Positions 25,200 to 39,266 of a stretch of 64,000 bases of DNA are shown in pieces. The notes under the pieces were generated by a model that was not told the DNA's origin, searched no databases, and saw nothing but the letters and a program-made list of their open reading frames with translations. Position 1 is the first letter of the stretch. Every line of letters begins with the position of its first letter. The DNA comes from Azolla caroliniana (taxonomy: Eukaryota; Plantae; Polypodiophyta): contig JBHGNT010000020.1 in assembly GCA_043228905.1 (NCBI GenBank), positions 6,448,001-6,512,000 of the forward strand. Direction: 5' to 3'. The position numbers were made by a program, and so were the translations under genes.

Positions 25200-25590
25200 G
25201 AAAAGAAAAATAATGTACATTTGACATCAGAATATGGCTTAAAATGATAAGCCATAGCAACTTGCAAAGTTGTAGAAAATGCAAACAAGATGAGTTGCTT
25301 CAAGGGAAATGGGATGAGTTGTGTGTGTGACGAAAGCATGCAAATTTGGGAAGCAACATTGATATCAATTTACGAAGGCTTGGAACATGAGTATTTGTCT
25401 CCTAGATGACATCCACTCGGATGTATGGGGATCACACAAACCATAACACTCCATGGAAGTAGGTACTACTCTGCCTTCATTCACAACCACTATCAACACA
25501 TATGGGTCGAATGATGCATGCGCAGAGTGAAGTATTAGCCTACAAATAATGTAAAAACTCTTATGGAGAAACAACCTTATCAAAAGAGTC
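25200..25590 (+). pseudogene. Highly decayed Copia integrase relic
   Basis: ACKFGKQH and IHSDVWG are readable at 25335-25430, as in 30930-31030. Confidence 0.6.
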
Positions 25591-26619
25591 ATTATCTTGT
25601 TGGGATAAAAGTCCCACTCTGCCCACATAGTATCCTCAATGTGAACACTCAGTTAACCTAACTATAACAGTAGGTAACAGACTCTTGTAAAGACAATTCA
25701 GTGGGTAATGTAAACTTGTGTCTCTTGAGCAAAGTCTCTCTCTCTCTATAATTGTCATGTTCAGTCTCTGAGTTGCACACATAATATGATTCCTCCTCAC
25801 TTGAAGTACGTTGTTGTTTTGCTTGATCCAAATACAAGATCCTATTTGCTTCCCTGCATTAAGCCAACTCACCAATTGCATCAACCGGCTAAGACGCACA
25901 CAATGTCCTTCAACTAGTATCAGAGCTTGAAGGGTTCAATAACAACAACAACATAGGGAGAAAGAATTGACTGAAGGAAAGAACCAGGCTAGAAATCTCA
26001 CTTCCAGCAAAAGATGGCATTGATATCCGGCACAGGCATGGAAATCGGGAAGTTTGATGGCAAAAACTTCCCGATGTGGAAGGAGATGATGCAAAAACCT
26101 ATCATTTGGCGTCAAGTTGAGGCAATTCAACACAACACTAGGCCGACCTCAATGATAGCATAGGAATGGCGATATCTGATGATGTTCAATGGGATTATCC
26201 ATTGATGACTCTACAGAAGCCCACTTCTCGGTAGAAACAGCTCAGAGAGCATGCCGAAGCCAAAGTTGGCCGAAGAGGAGAATTAACAGACAACGGTCCA
26301 AGTCACGGTCAGGCAAACCGAACGCCTTCTGCACACACTACAGAAAGGCCGACCAGAACATCGACAATTTCTTGGTCAGTAAAAAAGAGGAAATGGAAGA
26401 AAACCCAATTGGAATCTAGGATCTTTTGAATCAGCAATCAAGCTAATGTTATCGAATGCCGATCGGGAGAAGTCCTTTCCTTGGAAGGCTCATCGACTAG
26501 TGAGATCCTGTACAACGCACAAGATGCATTGACGTGGTTTCTCGATTCGGGAACCACGTTCCATGTGACCCCCTACAACGAATGGTTCTCAAACTATTTG
26601 GCCAGAGTTAACGCCACAC

Positions 26620-27154
26620 TGGCACGACCCAATGACATATACTTAGTTGGGGGGATTGAACCAACAACCTCACTTCAACAAGACATCATGCTTAACCATT
26701 TGAATATGAGCACTCACTTCAACAAGACATCATGCTTAACAATTTGGATATGAGCATGTATTTGTATATAATATTTTAGTACTATATATTCTAGCATATA
26801 GTACATTCCAGAATATTCTCGTCTTTAGTATATTCGAGAAATATTCTATGGTGTATTCTAAACATGTATATTCTAAGGATATTTGTCGAGTATATTCTAG
26901 AGATATTTGTTGAGTATATTCTAGAGATATTCAATCTCAAAACTTGTATAAATACTTGTAACCTCCTTGGTTCCTTACGAGGGATTCAATGCCAGTCATT
27001 GATACATGAATCTAGTATTCTCTTTTCATTCCATCTTGTCTTGTTCTTAATCTCTGTCTTCATGTTCTTGTGTCATTCCTAGCTTCTTAAGTTCCACATT
27101 CTTAGCCCCATCATCTGTGCTTCGCCATAGTCTACGGTTGGTGTGTACATGACA
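26620..27154 (+). mobile_element. Solo LTR with chromovirus-like termini
   Basis: TGGCACGACC...CATGACA, TSD CACAC. Removal restores the host VNATLRLGNG. TATAAATA at about 26946, 44-bp internal duplication at 26668-26755. Confidence 0.85.
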
Positions 27155-28812
27155 CACACTCCGTCTAGGCAATGGGCAAAAATGTAGAATCGTTGGAATT
27201 GGCGAGGTCCCAATTTAATTGCCGAATGGCAATTTGATCATCCTGCACTATGTTTGGCACGTACCCGAACTGAAAAGGAGTCTGGTCTCCATTGACATGC
27301 TAGGCGAAGATGGGTACAGGATGACATTAAGTGAATCCTCATGGCAGGTTACTAGAGGAAACCTCAAAATGGACCATGGTGGAAAGTACAACATATTGTA
27401 CTCGCTTATAGTGATAAGTCCGGAGGGATCACTATGTGTAGACGAATTGCCAAATGCAATGCTATGGCATGGCCGACTTGGTCATATATCACAGGTTGGA
27501 TTAGATCAACTATCGGCAATCAACTACTTACCAAAAGTTCAGGCCAAAATGAATGACTGCTAGCATTGTCAATACGGGAAACAAACCCGAATTCTGCACA
27601 CAATCCATTATGAGACAATACAACAACCCCTCGAACTAGTCCACACTGATATTGGCGGGCTGAGGCCCAAAAGATTACTAGGAGGCTTCCAATACTTCAT
27701 CACATGTGTTGATGATTGTACACGGAAATTTTGGGCTTACTTGATTAAGTTCAAATATGAAGAGCTTGAAATTTTCGCATGGTGGTTAACCAAAGTCGAA
27801 AACAAATCTGGCCATAAAGTGAAGACATTGAGTTCTAACAATGGAGGTGAATACACCTCCGAAGCCTTTGAAAAGTACCTGTTCGACAAGGGGATCCAGA
27901 ATCAGAAAATAATTCCCTATACCCCGATGTAGAACGGTTTAGCAAAACGGATGAACCGGACCATCCAGGAGAGGGTGATGGCAATGCTCCAGCAAGCCGG
28001 ACTGAAGCTGAAGTTCTAGCCCAAGGCACTACAGAAGGTAGTATACCTGATAAATTTGTCGTTGTCGAAAGCAATCGGGCTCAAGGTGCCCTACGCACTA
28101 TGGTCAGGAAGATAGTTGACCTATGATCGGCTTTGTATATTCAAATCCAAAGCCTATGCATTCATTCCAAGGGAGAAAAGCACCAAGCTGGCACCCCATT
28201 CCACAGAGTGTATATTTCTCAGTTATGGAACTGATGGGGAATTCGGATACCAGCTATGGGATCTACAGAACCAGAAATTGATCCGGGCAGAAAAATCACT
28301 TTCGATCTTTTGGATAGAGAATCTAAAGAAGACACACTAATCGCCGAATACGAATAGTTATCCAGTGAAATGCCGAACACAATTTGGCCAGCAACAACAA
28401 CCCCCCAGTCGAACCCAAATCGGTGAAAGGTCCAAAAGACGACTCTGAATCAACTAGGATGTCAAACGCCCGACCAAAACCGGCTAAGGCACCAGCTAAC
28501 TAGCCAACTCCTGAAGAAGAAGGTGATTCGACACCAAGGCACGATAATTTTTGTAGCAGATCCCCATCACCATCTCCTTCACATAAAGGTTCACAACATG
28601 TCTATCACACATCTAAGATGATTGAAGAATCTGAACCAAATCAATCGGCACCAAGGAGATCCGAATGAGTCCGAAGGTCGACAAAGTTTTATACGTGGGG
28701 CCTAGAGTACGTCAACTATATGGACGTAGGTAAACCTAGCTCCTACGAAGAAGCAATAGACGCGCAAGACGCCAAAACATGGATACAAGCCATGAGATCC
28801 AAGATGAACTTG

Positions 28813-31351
28813 TGTTGAGAATCAAGTTCAACATAGCACAACTTGTGAACACACCTTTTGAGAATCTATGCTTACTCAAAGGTCAAGAGTCATACCACTA
28901 CTCTCTACACATTAACTATGTGTCCTAGAATCATATTCTATGACACATAACTAATGAGTTACATATTCCCCATGACTATGAGTCTTCACATTCCCCAAGA
29001 GAGAGTAGTTGTTGTAGTTAGTTAATGAAGAGAGAGGGTGACTATATATAAAGCACCCTTCTACTTTATACTAAGTCGGTTGTGACTCCTTGTAATGCTA
29101 CATTTTTGTATTTCATATTCTCCTTGTGAATATACATCTTCTTCTTCTTGAGTATTTTGTTTCCATTCTATCTATCCATCTTGTGTCTTCTCTTCTCTTC
29201 TCTATTTCCTCTCACACATACACATAACACATATCTCTTCCGCTACACAAGAATCATACCCGATTCTTTACATGGTATCGGAGCGATTTGGTAGCTCGAT
29301 CTAGCCCACTCACCTCATCGTGATCGTGTGTTGTGCTTTACGCCCATGTTCAAGAAGACCCAACTCATTGCTATCGTAGTACCACTACATAGCTCATGTT
29401 CGAGAGAGAAGGAAAAGAAGAGAGGAAGCTTAATCGACAATGAATACTCAAATGGGGAGTGCTCTCCCTAGCGAGAAGTTGGACTGAAATAACTTCGCAT
29501 CTTGGGAGTACAAGATGCACCAATACCATGTCGGCCAAGGCTATTGGGGTTACATCAAAGGAGCACAAGAAAACCAACCTGACCCGAAAGACGCCGACTA
29601 CACAACATGGGACCAAGCAGCAAGCCGAGTGATGTATTGCTTGGCAACATCTGTTCACGACCACATGCTTGGCTACATTTGAGAAGCCGAGACGCCGAAG
29701 GAAGCGTGGGAGAATCTACAAAAGATTTTTGCCACCAACACGATCACGAGAAAACTTCAACTCCACCAAGAGTTCAACAACATCCAACAACGGGATATGT
29801 CCATCACAAGCTACACCTTGAAGATCAAGGAGCTTTGTGATGCACGCGGCTCGATAAGCGTCAATGTGGGGGATGACGAAATGATGCAAATATGCCTCGG
29901 CGGCCTTGCACGATGTGGACCACCGTACTAGCACAAGAGAATCCTCCCTTCTTCTTCGATCTTCAATCCATGTTGTTGGTCGAAGAAAATCATGTTCGAA
30001 CAAGGAGCAACGTCTCGGAAGGCCACATGCTCTACACGCATTTGGATGGAGGAAGAGGACGCGGTCTGCAAGAAGAGGCCGATTCGGCCAAGGACGAGGC
30101 AGACGAGGCCCGATTTACGAAAACAACTCTCAATTACGGCAACAAGATGGAGGCCATCGAGGAACCTTCGGAAGAAGGGGAAGCCACCATTATGGTTTGA
30201 GCCGACAAACCTCAATTGAATGCGGATATTGCGGCAAAGTCAGCCACCGCGAAGAAAAGTGCCGAAAGAAGATGCATGAGTCGACTTCCACTAGTCGACA
30301 ACTCACCAATTACGCCGCCAACTCCGAGTACAATGACTATGGTGGATTATTCATAATGAGACAAAGAGCGAATTCTATGTTGGGCTCTACTTCTACTAGT
30401 GCCTCCGGTTCGGAAGATGTATGGTTCGTCGATTCCGGTGCTTCGAATCATATGACGTCTCATCAAGATTGGTTCTGAGAACTTCAAGAGCCGGACCGAC
30501 CCGGCAATGTTGAAACTAGAGACAACACTATGCATCCGATTCGACACATCGGCAATGTCCCATTCGGAAAAAGAAGGTAATCAAAATTTTATTAAAAATG
30601 TATTGCATGTACCAACCATTACGAAGAATTTGGTCTCCGTCGGCCAAATTGTTGAGCAAGGGATGCAAGTATGATTTAATCAAGGTGGTTGCTTCATCGA
30701 AAAAGAGGGCCAATTCATCGCTCGTGGACGAAGAGAGGGCCGAATGTTCATTCTCGACTTGCATGAGATGAAATTGTCCATGTTCGCAAAGGGCACGAAA
30801 GTTGATTCCAACATAGAGTTATGGCACAAGCAAATTGGCCATATCAACCTCCAAAAGCTCAAGGCAATGCAATCGAAAGGAATCGTCATCGTGCTCCCAA
30901 CATTCATGGAGAAAGAGATTAAAGGCGTGTGTGCCGCTTGCCGATTCAGCAAGCAACATCGGCACCCATTTCCAAAGGAGCGGAACGTGAGCAAAGGCAT
31001 ACTCGACGTAATTCATTCCAATGTATGGGGTTCGGCTCAGACGGCTACATTCGACGGATGCTGATGACAGGAACTACACACTCCGATGAACAATGCTCGG
31101 CCACAACCGAGCTTAGAATTTAAAACAAAAACCACACACATAGAAAACGGGGAATGAATGCACGACACAATGGAGAGAAGAGTACAGAAGATGTTTACGT
31201 GGAAAACCCAAACACGGGAAAAACCACAAAAGTCCACTGACTGCTAACTATCACTATGTAACAATATACAATAGATGAACACAGAGGCAACGACCTCTTG
31301 TTCACTGTCTTCGCCACAGGCGGCAGTTACAACAGAGATACGAACTCTTCA

Positions 31352-31384
<33 letters not shown>

Positions 31385-34300
31385 GTAGACTGTTGCGCTC
31401 TAATCTTTTTGCCAACAAGAATGATAACACCCCACATATACTAAGTTTTCCCTAAGTCATATTTATACTAATATGACTTTTCAGCTATTTACAAATATAG
31501 CCTCGATGGACTCTCAGAAAACATATTTATGAATATGTCCCTTCATCCGGTGAGCACTCCTCACCGGGACTGCATCATCTGGCGCTTGCCGGGCACACGT
31601 CATCCGGTTCCCACCGGGTCTTCCATTGTCGGGTACTCCACATCCGGTTCTCACCGGGTCTTCACCATCCGGCTCTTGCCGAGTACTCGTCATCCGGTTC
31701 TCACTGGGTCTTCCGTAGCTGGGTACTCGTCATCTGGTTCTCATTGGGTCTTCCGTAGCCGGGTACTCGTCATCCGGATTCGGCCTCGGCCGAGTTTCTC
31801 ATCAATACTGCTCTTCTCACTTCCCATCCGGAGGGACCTGTTTCCTAACAGCCGATACTACGTGACCTTCATCGACGACTTCTCTAAGCAGACCTAGATC
31901 TACCCCATGCGGCAAAAGAGCGAAGTGTTTAGACACTTCCAAAAATTTAAGAATGAAGTTGAGAAAGCCACGGGCCGACGTGTATGATGTCTTCGGTTGG
32001 ATGGAGGCAAGGAGTACTTCTCCAACGAATTTTCAGCTTTTCTACAGAAAGAAGGAATTCGGCGAGAGTTTTCATGTAGACATATGCCACAACAAAATGG
32101 AGTCGCCGAACAAAAGAGTCAGCACATCCTCGAAGTAGCACGGGACATGATGAACGAAAAGCACCTACCGAAGTCATACTGGGCAGAAGCGGCTAACACA
32201 GTCATATACCTCATGAATCGGTGTACGACATCGGGTGTGCACGAACTTACTCCACACAAGAAGTTTTTCGGGAAGAAGCCGAATCTATCACATGTTCGGA
32301 TATTCGGCTCCATTGCATATGTGCACATCCCCGAAGAGAAGCGACAAAAGCTTAACCCGAAGTTGGAGAAATGTATGATACTCACTGGAGCAAAAGGGGT
32401 ACAAGTGCTATAACCCCTGTACTCAGAAGGGTCGAGTAAGTCAAGACGTCGTTTTCGACGAGTCCACATCTTGGTACGCACCAGAGACAACTTCGACTTT
32501 GATTCCGCTCGACCAAAAAACCGTTGAAATAGAGATAGAAGTCGATGATCGGCTCACACGCATGTTCAAAGAAAGTCCGATTACGACAAGGCTTAGTGGG
32601 CCACAAGAGCCCCCGAGTGATCAAAGCACATCTCGGCCGAGGCCGAAGCTAGACAAAGGGAAGGCGAAAATGCTGTAGTATGAAGATGATCACTTTGATG
32701 GCAACAAATCGACTCACTCCCTTGATAGTGAGTTTGAAGGCCTTGACATCTGTACAAATGGAGCAAAGAAAGCCTTAGTATCCGCAAACGAGAAGCTCTG
32801 CCGATCCACCCGTGAAAAGAACCCCGTAAGCCGATTCGGCGACAACAATTATATGGCGTACCATTATGCCTTTATGATGAAGGTAGCAATAGTACGAGAG
32901 CCGGAAACCTTTTCTAAAGTCGTGAAGGACCCGCGATGGGTCGAAGCAGTGAACGAGGAGATGCAGACACTTTGCAAGAACGAAACATGGGATCTCATTC
33001 CCGACTCACCGCACAAGAAGGCGATCGGTTGCAGATGGATCTACAAGATGAAGTGTAACGTCGACGGCTCCATAAACCACCACAAAGCTCAACTCGTAGC
33101 GAAAGGATACGCACAAACACATGGAGTCGACTATGAAGAGACATTTGCCCCGATGGCAAACATGATGACTATGCGGACCATAATTGCACTCGCAGCGGCG
33201 AAAGGGTGGCACCTCCATCTGATGGACGTAAAGAACGCCTTTCTTCAGGGCGAATTAGAAGAGGAGGTATACATGGTACAACCACCCTGCTTCGAATCGC
33301 GTACTCATCCTAAAGTCGTGTGCCGACTCAAGAAGCCACTCTACGGCCTCAAGCAAACACCGTGTGCTTGGCATTCAAAGATTACGCAATATCTTCATCA
33401 AATCGGCTTTCGAATGTTGAAATCCGACAACTCCCTCTACGTACAACACGACTCTATAAGCCTAATTGTCATCATCCTCTACGTGAGTGATCTGGTTATT
33501 GGAGGTGAGCATTTAGTTGACATCAACAAGGTGAAGTCCCTCCTCTCCAAAAAATTCGAGATGACGGACATGAAGGAGCTTCATTACTTCCTAGGCATTG
33601 AGGTAATTCAAACTTCGGCCGGCATAATGATCTCCTAACGGCACTACATCCTCACCTTGTTATACAATTTCAGGATGACTCGGTGTAAATCCGTGGCAAC
33701 CCCTCTCGATCGAAACCTCAAATTGGATGTCAACTCCAGCACGGAAGGGTTTGAGTCGACCCAATATCGTCAACTAATCGGGAGCCTCATCTATCTCACT
33801 ATCACTCGACCCGACCTTAGCTATCCAATCGGAATCCTTAGCCAATTCATGCAAACTCCGCGAGATATCCATTTCGATTGTCCTAAGCGAGTATTACGAT
33901 ACGTGAGCAGCACAATGGATTATGGCATTCTCTACGCATCGGCCACACCAATTCGACTCGAAGGGTACACGGATGCTGACTGGGCTGGCTACAAAGCCGA
34001 TCGACGATCGACCTCCGGATTTGTCTTCTTGCTCGGTAGCGGAGCAATATCTTGGAGTAGTAAGAAGCAACCTACTGTCACACTTTCGAGTACGAAGGCC
34101 CAATACAGCAACCGTAGCTTCATGTGAAGTCGTATGGCTCAAGAGGATTTTAAAGGATCTGGGCGTTCCCATCAAGGATTCAACTCCCCTTTATTGCGAC
34201 AACATGAGTAGTATTTATCGGGCTCGAAACCTAGTGTTCCACGCACGCACAAGGCATAATGAAGTACATTATCACTTCATTTGAGAGTGTGTTCAGGCTA

Positions 34301-35022
34301 GAGATATCGATGTTCTACACATCAACACAAATCATCAAACAACCGACATCTTCACGAAAGCCCTTGGAGCCAATAAGCTTCGGCAATTCATGTCAGACCT
34401 TGGATTGATGATCCTTGACTTGCCAAGCTTCAGGGGGAGTTCAAGTGAGAACCGGATACTGTCTGAACCGGGCACGAGCCGAAGATCGTCCGAACCGGAT
34501 ACCACCCGAAGCGGGCATCAATCAAAAGGAACCAACCCGAGTTGAGCTTGAGGGGGCGTGTTGAGAATCAAGCTCAACATAGCACAATGTGTGAATACAC
34601 CTTTTGAGAATCTATGCTTACTCAAAGGTCAAGAGTCACACCACTATTATTTACACATTAACTATGTGTCATAGAATCATATTCTATGACACATAACTAA
34701 TGAGTTTACATATTCCCCATGACTATGAGTCTTCACATTCCCCAAGAGAGAGTAGTTGTTGTAGTTAGTTAATGAAGAGAGAGGGTGACTATATATAAAG
34801 CACCCTTCTCCTACTTTATACTAAGTCGGTTGTGACTCCTTGTAATGCTACATTTTTGTATTTCATATTCTCCTTGTGAATATACATCTTCTTCTTCTTG
34901 AGTATTCTATTTCCATTCTATCTATCCCTCTTGTGTCTTCTCTTCTCTTCACTATTTCCTCTCACACATACACATAACACATAACTCTTTCGCTACACAA
35001 GAATCGTACCTGATTCTTTACA
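28813..35022 (+). mobile_element. Full-length degenerate Ty1/Copia, same lineage as 12828-18778
   Basis: LTRs 28813-29272 and 34559-35022 (TGTTGAG...TTTACA), TSD ACTTG/ACTCG, PBS TGGTATCGGAGC, PPT GAGGGGGCG. Gag, PR, INT, RT and RH motifs with many stops and frameshifts. Confidence 0.95.
31065..31850 (-). mobile_element. Solo LTR, family A copy 2
   Basis: Reverse complement of the family A LTR, TSD GCTGA/GCCGA. Removal restores FDGCRYYVTFIDD. Confidence 0.9.
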
Positions 35023-37680
35023 ACTCGATCAAAGAGAATAACACGTAGGACCTAGTCAAATTGCCAGCCAAAAGGAAGTTGTTGCCTTGCAAGTGGGTCT
35101 ACAGATACAAATATGTATTTGGTTCAGACAAGCCCAAATACAAAAGCTTGGTTCGTCGCGAAGGGATTTAGGCAAGAACGTGACATCGACTACGACGAGA
35201 TTTTTTCTTCGGTAGTCAATTTGACGACTCTCCAGCTACTATTCAGAATCATCACAACAGAAGACCTTGAGATGCAGCAGTTGGACGTGAAGACAACATT
35301 CCTCCACGGAGATCTGGACGAGGACATATACATATCCCAGCCGGCAGGCTTCATGGCGATGGGGGAGGAAGGTCAGCTCGTGTGCTGACTAAAGAAAAGC
35401 CTTTACTACTTGAAACAAGAGCCCATGATGTGGTATCAGAAATTTGATACCTACATACGACAGATTGGCTACAATCGGTCAAACTCCGACCCATACATAT
35501 ATTTCCAACAATTGGCCGACGAGTCCAAGATTTATTTTATCCTTTATGTCGATGACATGCTCATCGCCAGCAATGATAGAGTAGAAATCCAGAAGCTGAA
35601 GTAGAGCCTTCATGAAAAATTCTCAATGAAGGAACTTGGAGCAGCCTGACATATACTAGGCATGTGAATAGAGTGAAATCGAACGAAGAAGATCCTCCGG
35701 CTCTCCCAATCCGACTACATCTGAAAAGTGATGAAGCGCTTCAACATGGAGCATGCAAAGTTGGCACCGACACCGCTCCCAATGTTGTTCCGACTATCAG
35801 ACAAAGATTCTCCATCCACAGAGGAGGATAAATTGTTCATGAGCCGAATACCCTACGCATTGGTCGTAGGAAGTCTCATGTACGCGATGGTGGCAACCCG
35901 ACCAGACCTTGCTTACACCATAGGGGTCACCAACCGCTACATGTCAAAACCCGGACAGACGCACTCTCGACAACAAAGGCCGAATACATAGTCGCATCCA
36001 AAACAGCCAAGGAAGCCATCTGGTTCCATCAGTTGTCGACTGATTTTTCAGCTAATAGCTAAATCGACCATCAAGAACCAACCCTGCATTGTGACTCTCA
36101 AAGCGCAATACACCTCATCCTGAATCCGGTGTATCATGTGAAGACAAAGTATATTGAGGTGAGGTACCACCATATCCGGGAGCTCGTCACCAACAAGAAG
36201 CTTGACGTTCGGAAAGTGGATACCGAGGTGAACATCATTGACAACCTAACAAAGCAACTCCCAAATCAACACTTCGGCACACTAAGAGGACAAATGGGAC
36301 TACTGCAAGCAGACGAGCGAAACAAAGCCGGATCTGAAGGAGCAGAAGGAGCAGAAGGAGCAGATGGTAAGTCGAGAATCGACACGGCTTGGCAAGTCGA
36401 AACTATGCCTCGGTAATGGCTCGGCTCAAGCCTAAACCATTTACCTAAACCGGTTTAAACGGCTTGGAGGCTTGGCTCGGTTTAGGCTTGAGCCTACCTA
36501 AACGGTTTGAGCTCGGCAACAGACTATTGAATGACAAGAAGCCATAGGCAACAGACTGTTGAATGACGAGAGAGGGGGGAGCGATAGTGAGGGAGAGGGA
36601 GCCTAACAAGGGATTTGTGGATGTTAGCTGACAAATCATAATAGTCTATGAAGAGGGGGTGGTGGAGGTGGGACTTGGAGTTGAATTTATCAAACTCATA
36701 GATGGTAAGACCTAGAGGGTGGGAGTTATGAGGAGGAGAAGAAGAGTGTAGGAGGAAGTGGTAGTGGTGTTTTTTGGGTTTCTTCATCTTTTTTGTCCCA
36801 AACCGCTTCACAAATCGGTTCGTAAATCGGTGTCGCGAAGATTCACGCATGTGTGTGCTACTCGAGCGACCACCGGGGTCTTGGACTGGGGAGGACGTTC
36901 GCGGAATTATCGAAGAGATGACGATCAATGTAAGATTTGATGAAATTTGTTCACTTGAGAAGAAGAAGGATTGTACACTTGTGAAGTAGAAAAATATGAA
37001 GAAGATAAAGAAGGATTGTACACTTGTGAAGGATAGTAGATCTACCGAACGATGTCGTCGATCCGACCGCTCTTCCTTCGTCCACCGCGCGTTGTCGTGA
37101 AGAAAACCATCCACAAGCGGAATCGGTGCACCGGAGCATAGGAACCGGCTCTTCATGCACGATCCTAGGTAGGTAGGAAGTTAATAGGAAACGACTCCTT
37201 CCTTGCCTATAAAAGGAGGGAGACGAGGAAGAGGAGGGGATTGCGGAGAGTCGAGGACGAAGTGCTGTCGGTTTGTGGGCGGAGGCTTCTCTCTCTCTCT
37301 GGCTCGCATACTCTGTAGCTCCTTTCTGTGCAGGTTTTCGGGAGGCTCGCGCTGCTCTGAGGAATGCCCGAGTGCTTCCGGCAGCACCTCCAACCTACTC
37401 CTTTCTTTCTGAGCGTTTGCAAACAGGTATCGGCATCTGTTCGCCGACCTGTTCGGTTGTAACCGACTTCGTGTTTTGTTGTTTGTCTTTGTTAATACAT
37501 ACATACATTCGTGTCTCTCTGTGTCGCTGTCCCACTCGCGTCTTTGTGTCGAAGGGCCGTGTCCCTGTGAATCTACTCTCACACGTAGTGGGTCTCTTCT
37601 CCTTTCTCTCTTGCTCTTCGGTACAAGACCCCCGAGGTCCCGCCTCATTCCACGTATCCACGAGGAATACCTCGACATCT

Positions 37681-37698
37681 TGGTGAACCCGACGTGAA
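37681..37698 (+). promoter_or_regulatory. Primer-binding site complementary to the tRNA-Trp 3' end
   Basis: TGGTGAACCCGACGTGAA is the complement of the plant tRNA-Trp end ...TTCACGTCGGGTTCA-CCA, 3 nt after the LTR. Confidence 0.85.
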
Positions 37699-39048
37699 CA
37701 AGGCGGCAGAAGAGCAGAAGATGAAAGGGTCGGATCTTGCGGAGGCCATGGCTTCGGCCGTGGATCAGATATTGAGCGCACGCGAGGGCTCCGGCGCCCT
37801 CGACAGAGCCATTGAGGCAGTCGTCGATACGATCGGCCGGTTCAGTGGAAAGGCAGAAATGCTGGTGCGGGACATTCCGGAAGAGAGGCGTCTTGCCGGG
37901 TTCCCTCGAGTGGCGATGCCGAGCACCCATGCGGAGGTGCTCGAGGTACGGGCGGAGAGCCGTACCTGGGAGGAGTTCGAGGGCCGGCTCCTAGAAAAAT
38001 ACGGGTTGGACGACGCGCTCCGGCTTTCGAAACGGGACTTCATGGAATGGGTGAAGTCCCCCGGCAAGGGAAGAAACGCGTCGGCACTCCTCCGGGAGTT
38101 TGAGGAACGCTTTGCGCGCCTTTCGGCGCTTGACCGAACCGTTCTGGATACGAGCCGGGTCCTACTGTTCGTCAAGTCGGTGGACGAGCGGGACCGGGAT
38201 CAAGTCGGCTCCTTGCTGGAAACTGCAGACGGGCTGACAACCGACTGGGTTGTGGTTAAGAGAGTCTGTGGCCGTTTTGACAAACGGCGAGAATGGGCTG
38301 ATAACGGGGCGGCCGGTGCGGGCTTTGTCACAGCAAGGAGGCTTGAACCGGCACCGCAAGAGCGAAGGGCAGAAGCCCGAGAGTGGCTCGAAACCGGTTC
38401 GGCTTCGACCGGCATGGTCAATGGCTCATCCGGAGGAGCAGCGCTGGAGGAGTTGACGCGGGCGATAAAGGATCTCCAGATCGCCCAGGCTCGAAGGGAA
38501 GGCGGCGAACCGGCTCGTGACCGACGATCGGCAGCAGGGAACAGGTGCATGTGGTGCGACGAGGTCGGCCACATTCGGAAGGACTGCGGCGATTTCGCAG
38601 AGGCGTTGAGGAACCGGGTGGTGTACCTGTGGGAAGGCCGGGTGCATGCCGGCGACACCAGAAGGGCCCTGAACCGAAACGACGGGCGAGGAGGTATGAA
38701 GAGACTGATGGAAGAGGCAGCGGCCCGACACGTGGAGGCCATCCACTACTCGGCGTCGGCCGGCATTCGGGTCGGGGGCAGCGAGGCCCGAAAGGAGGGC
38801 AAAGACGGATTCTGGTCGGCAATGCTAGAAGGTCTTGCCGGCGCACGGCTAAGGAAAGATGAAACGGACCGCGCTGAGAGACGGGTCCGGGAAATAACCG
38901 GGTGGAGCGATCCGATCGAGGAGAAGACGGGCTTCGTAGAAGCCGCCTGCCGGAACTACGAGGCTCTGGTAGAAGACAAACGAGTGGGGAAAGCCGGAGC
39001 GGTCGGGCCTCACAACGGTACGAGACCCGATTCGGGCAACGACAGAAT

Positions 39049-39217
39049 TGTCGAATACCTGTGTATAATGGACGTATTCACACCATCCCGTTTTGGCCAT
39101 TTATGTAATTAGCATAAAGGGTAGTTGCCCTAAGTCGGTCACTATATATAGTGACCTTGTAACCTCTTTGTGAGGTTGGTTGTTGTATTGTTGCTTTATG
39201 AAATAAGAAACTCTTTT

Positions 39218-39266
<49 letters not shown>

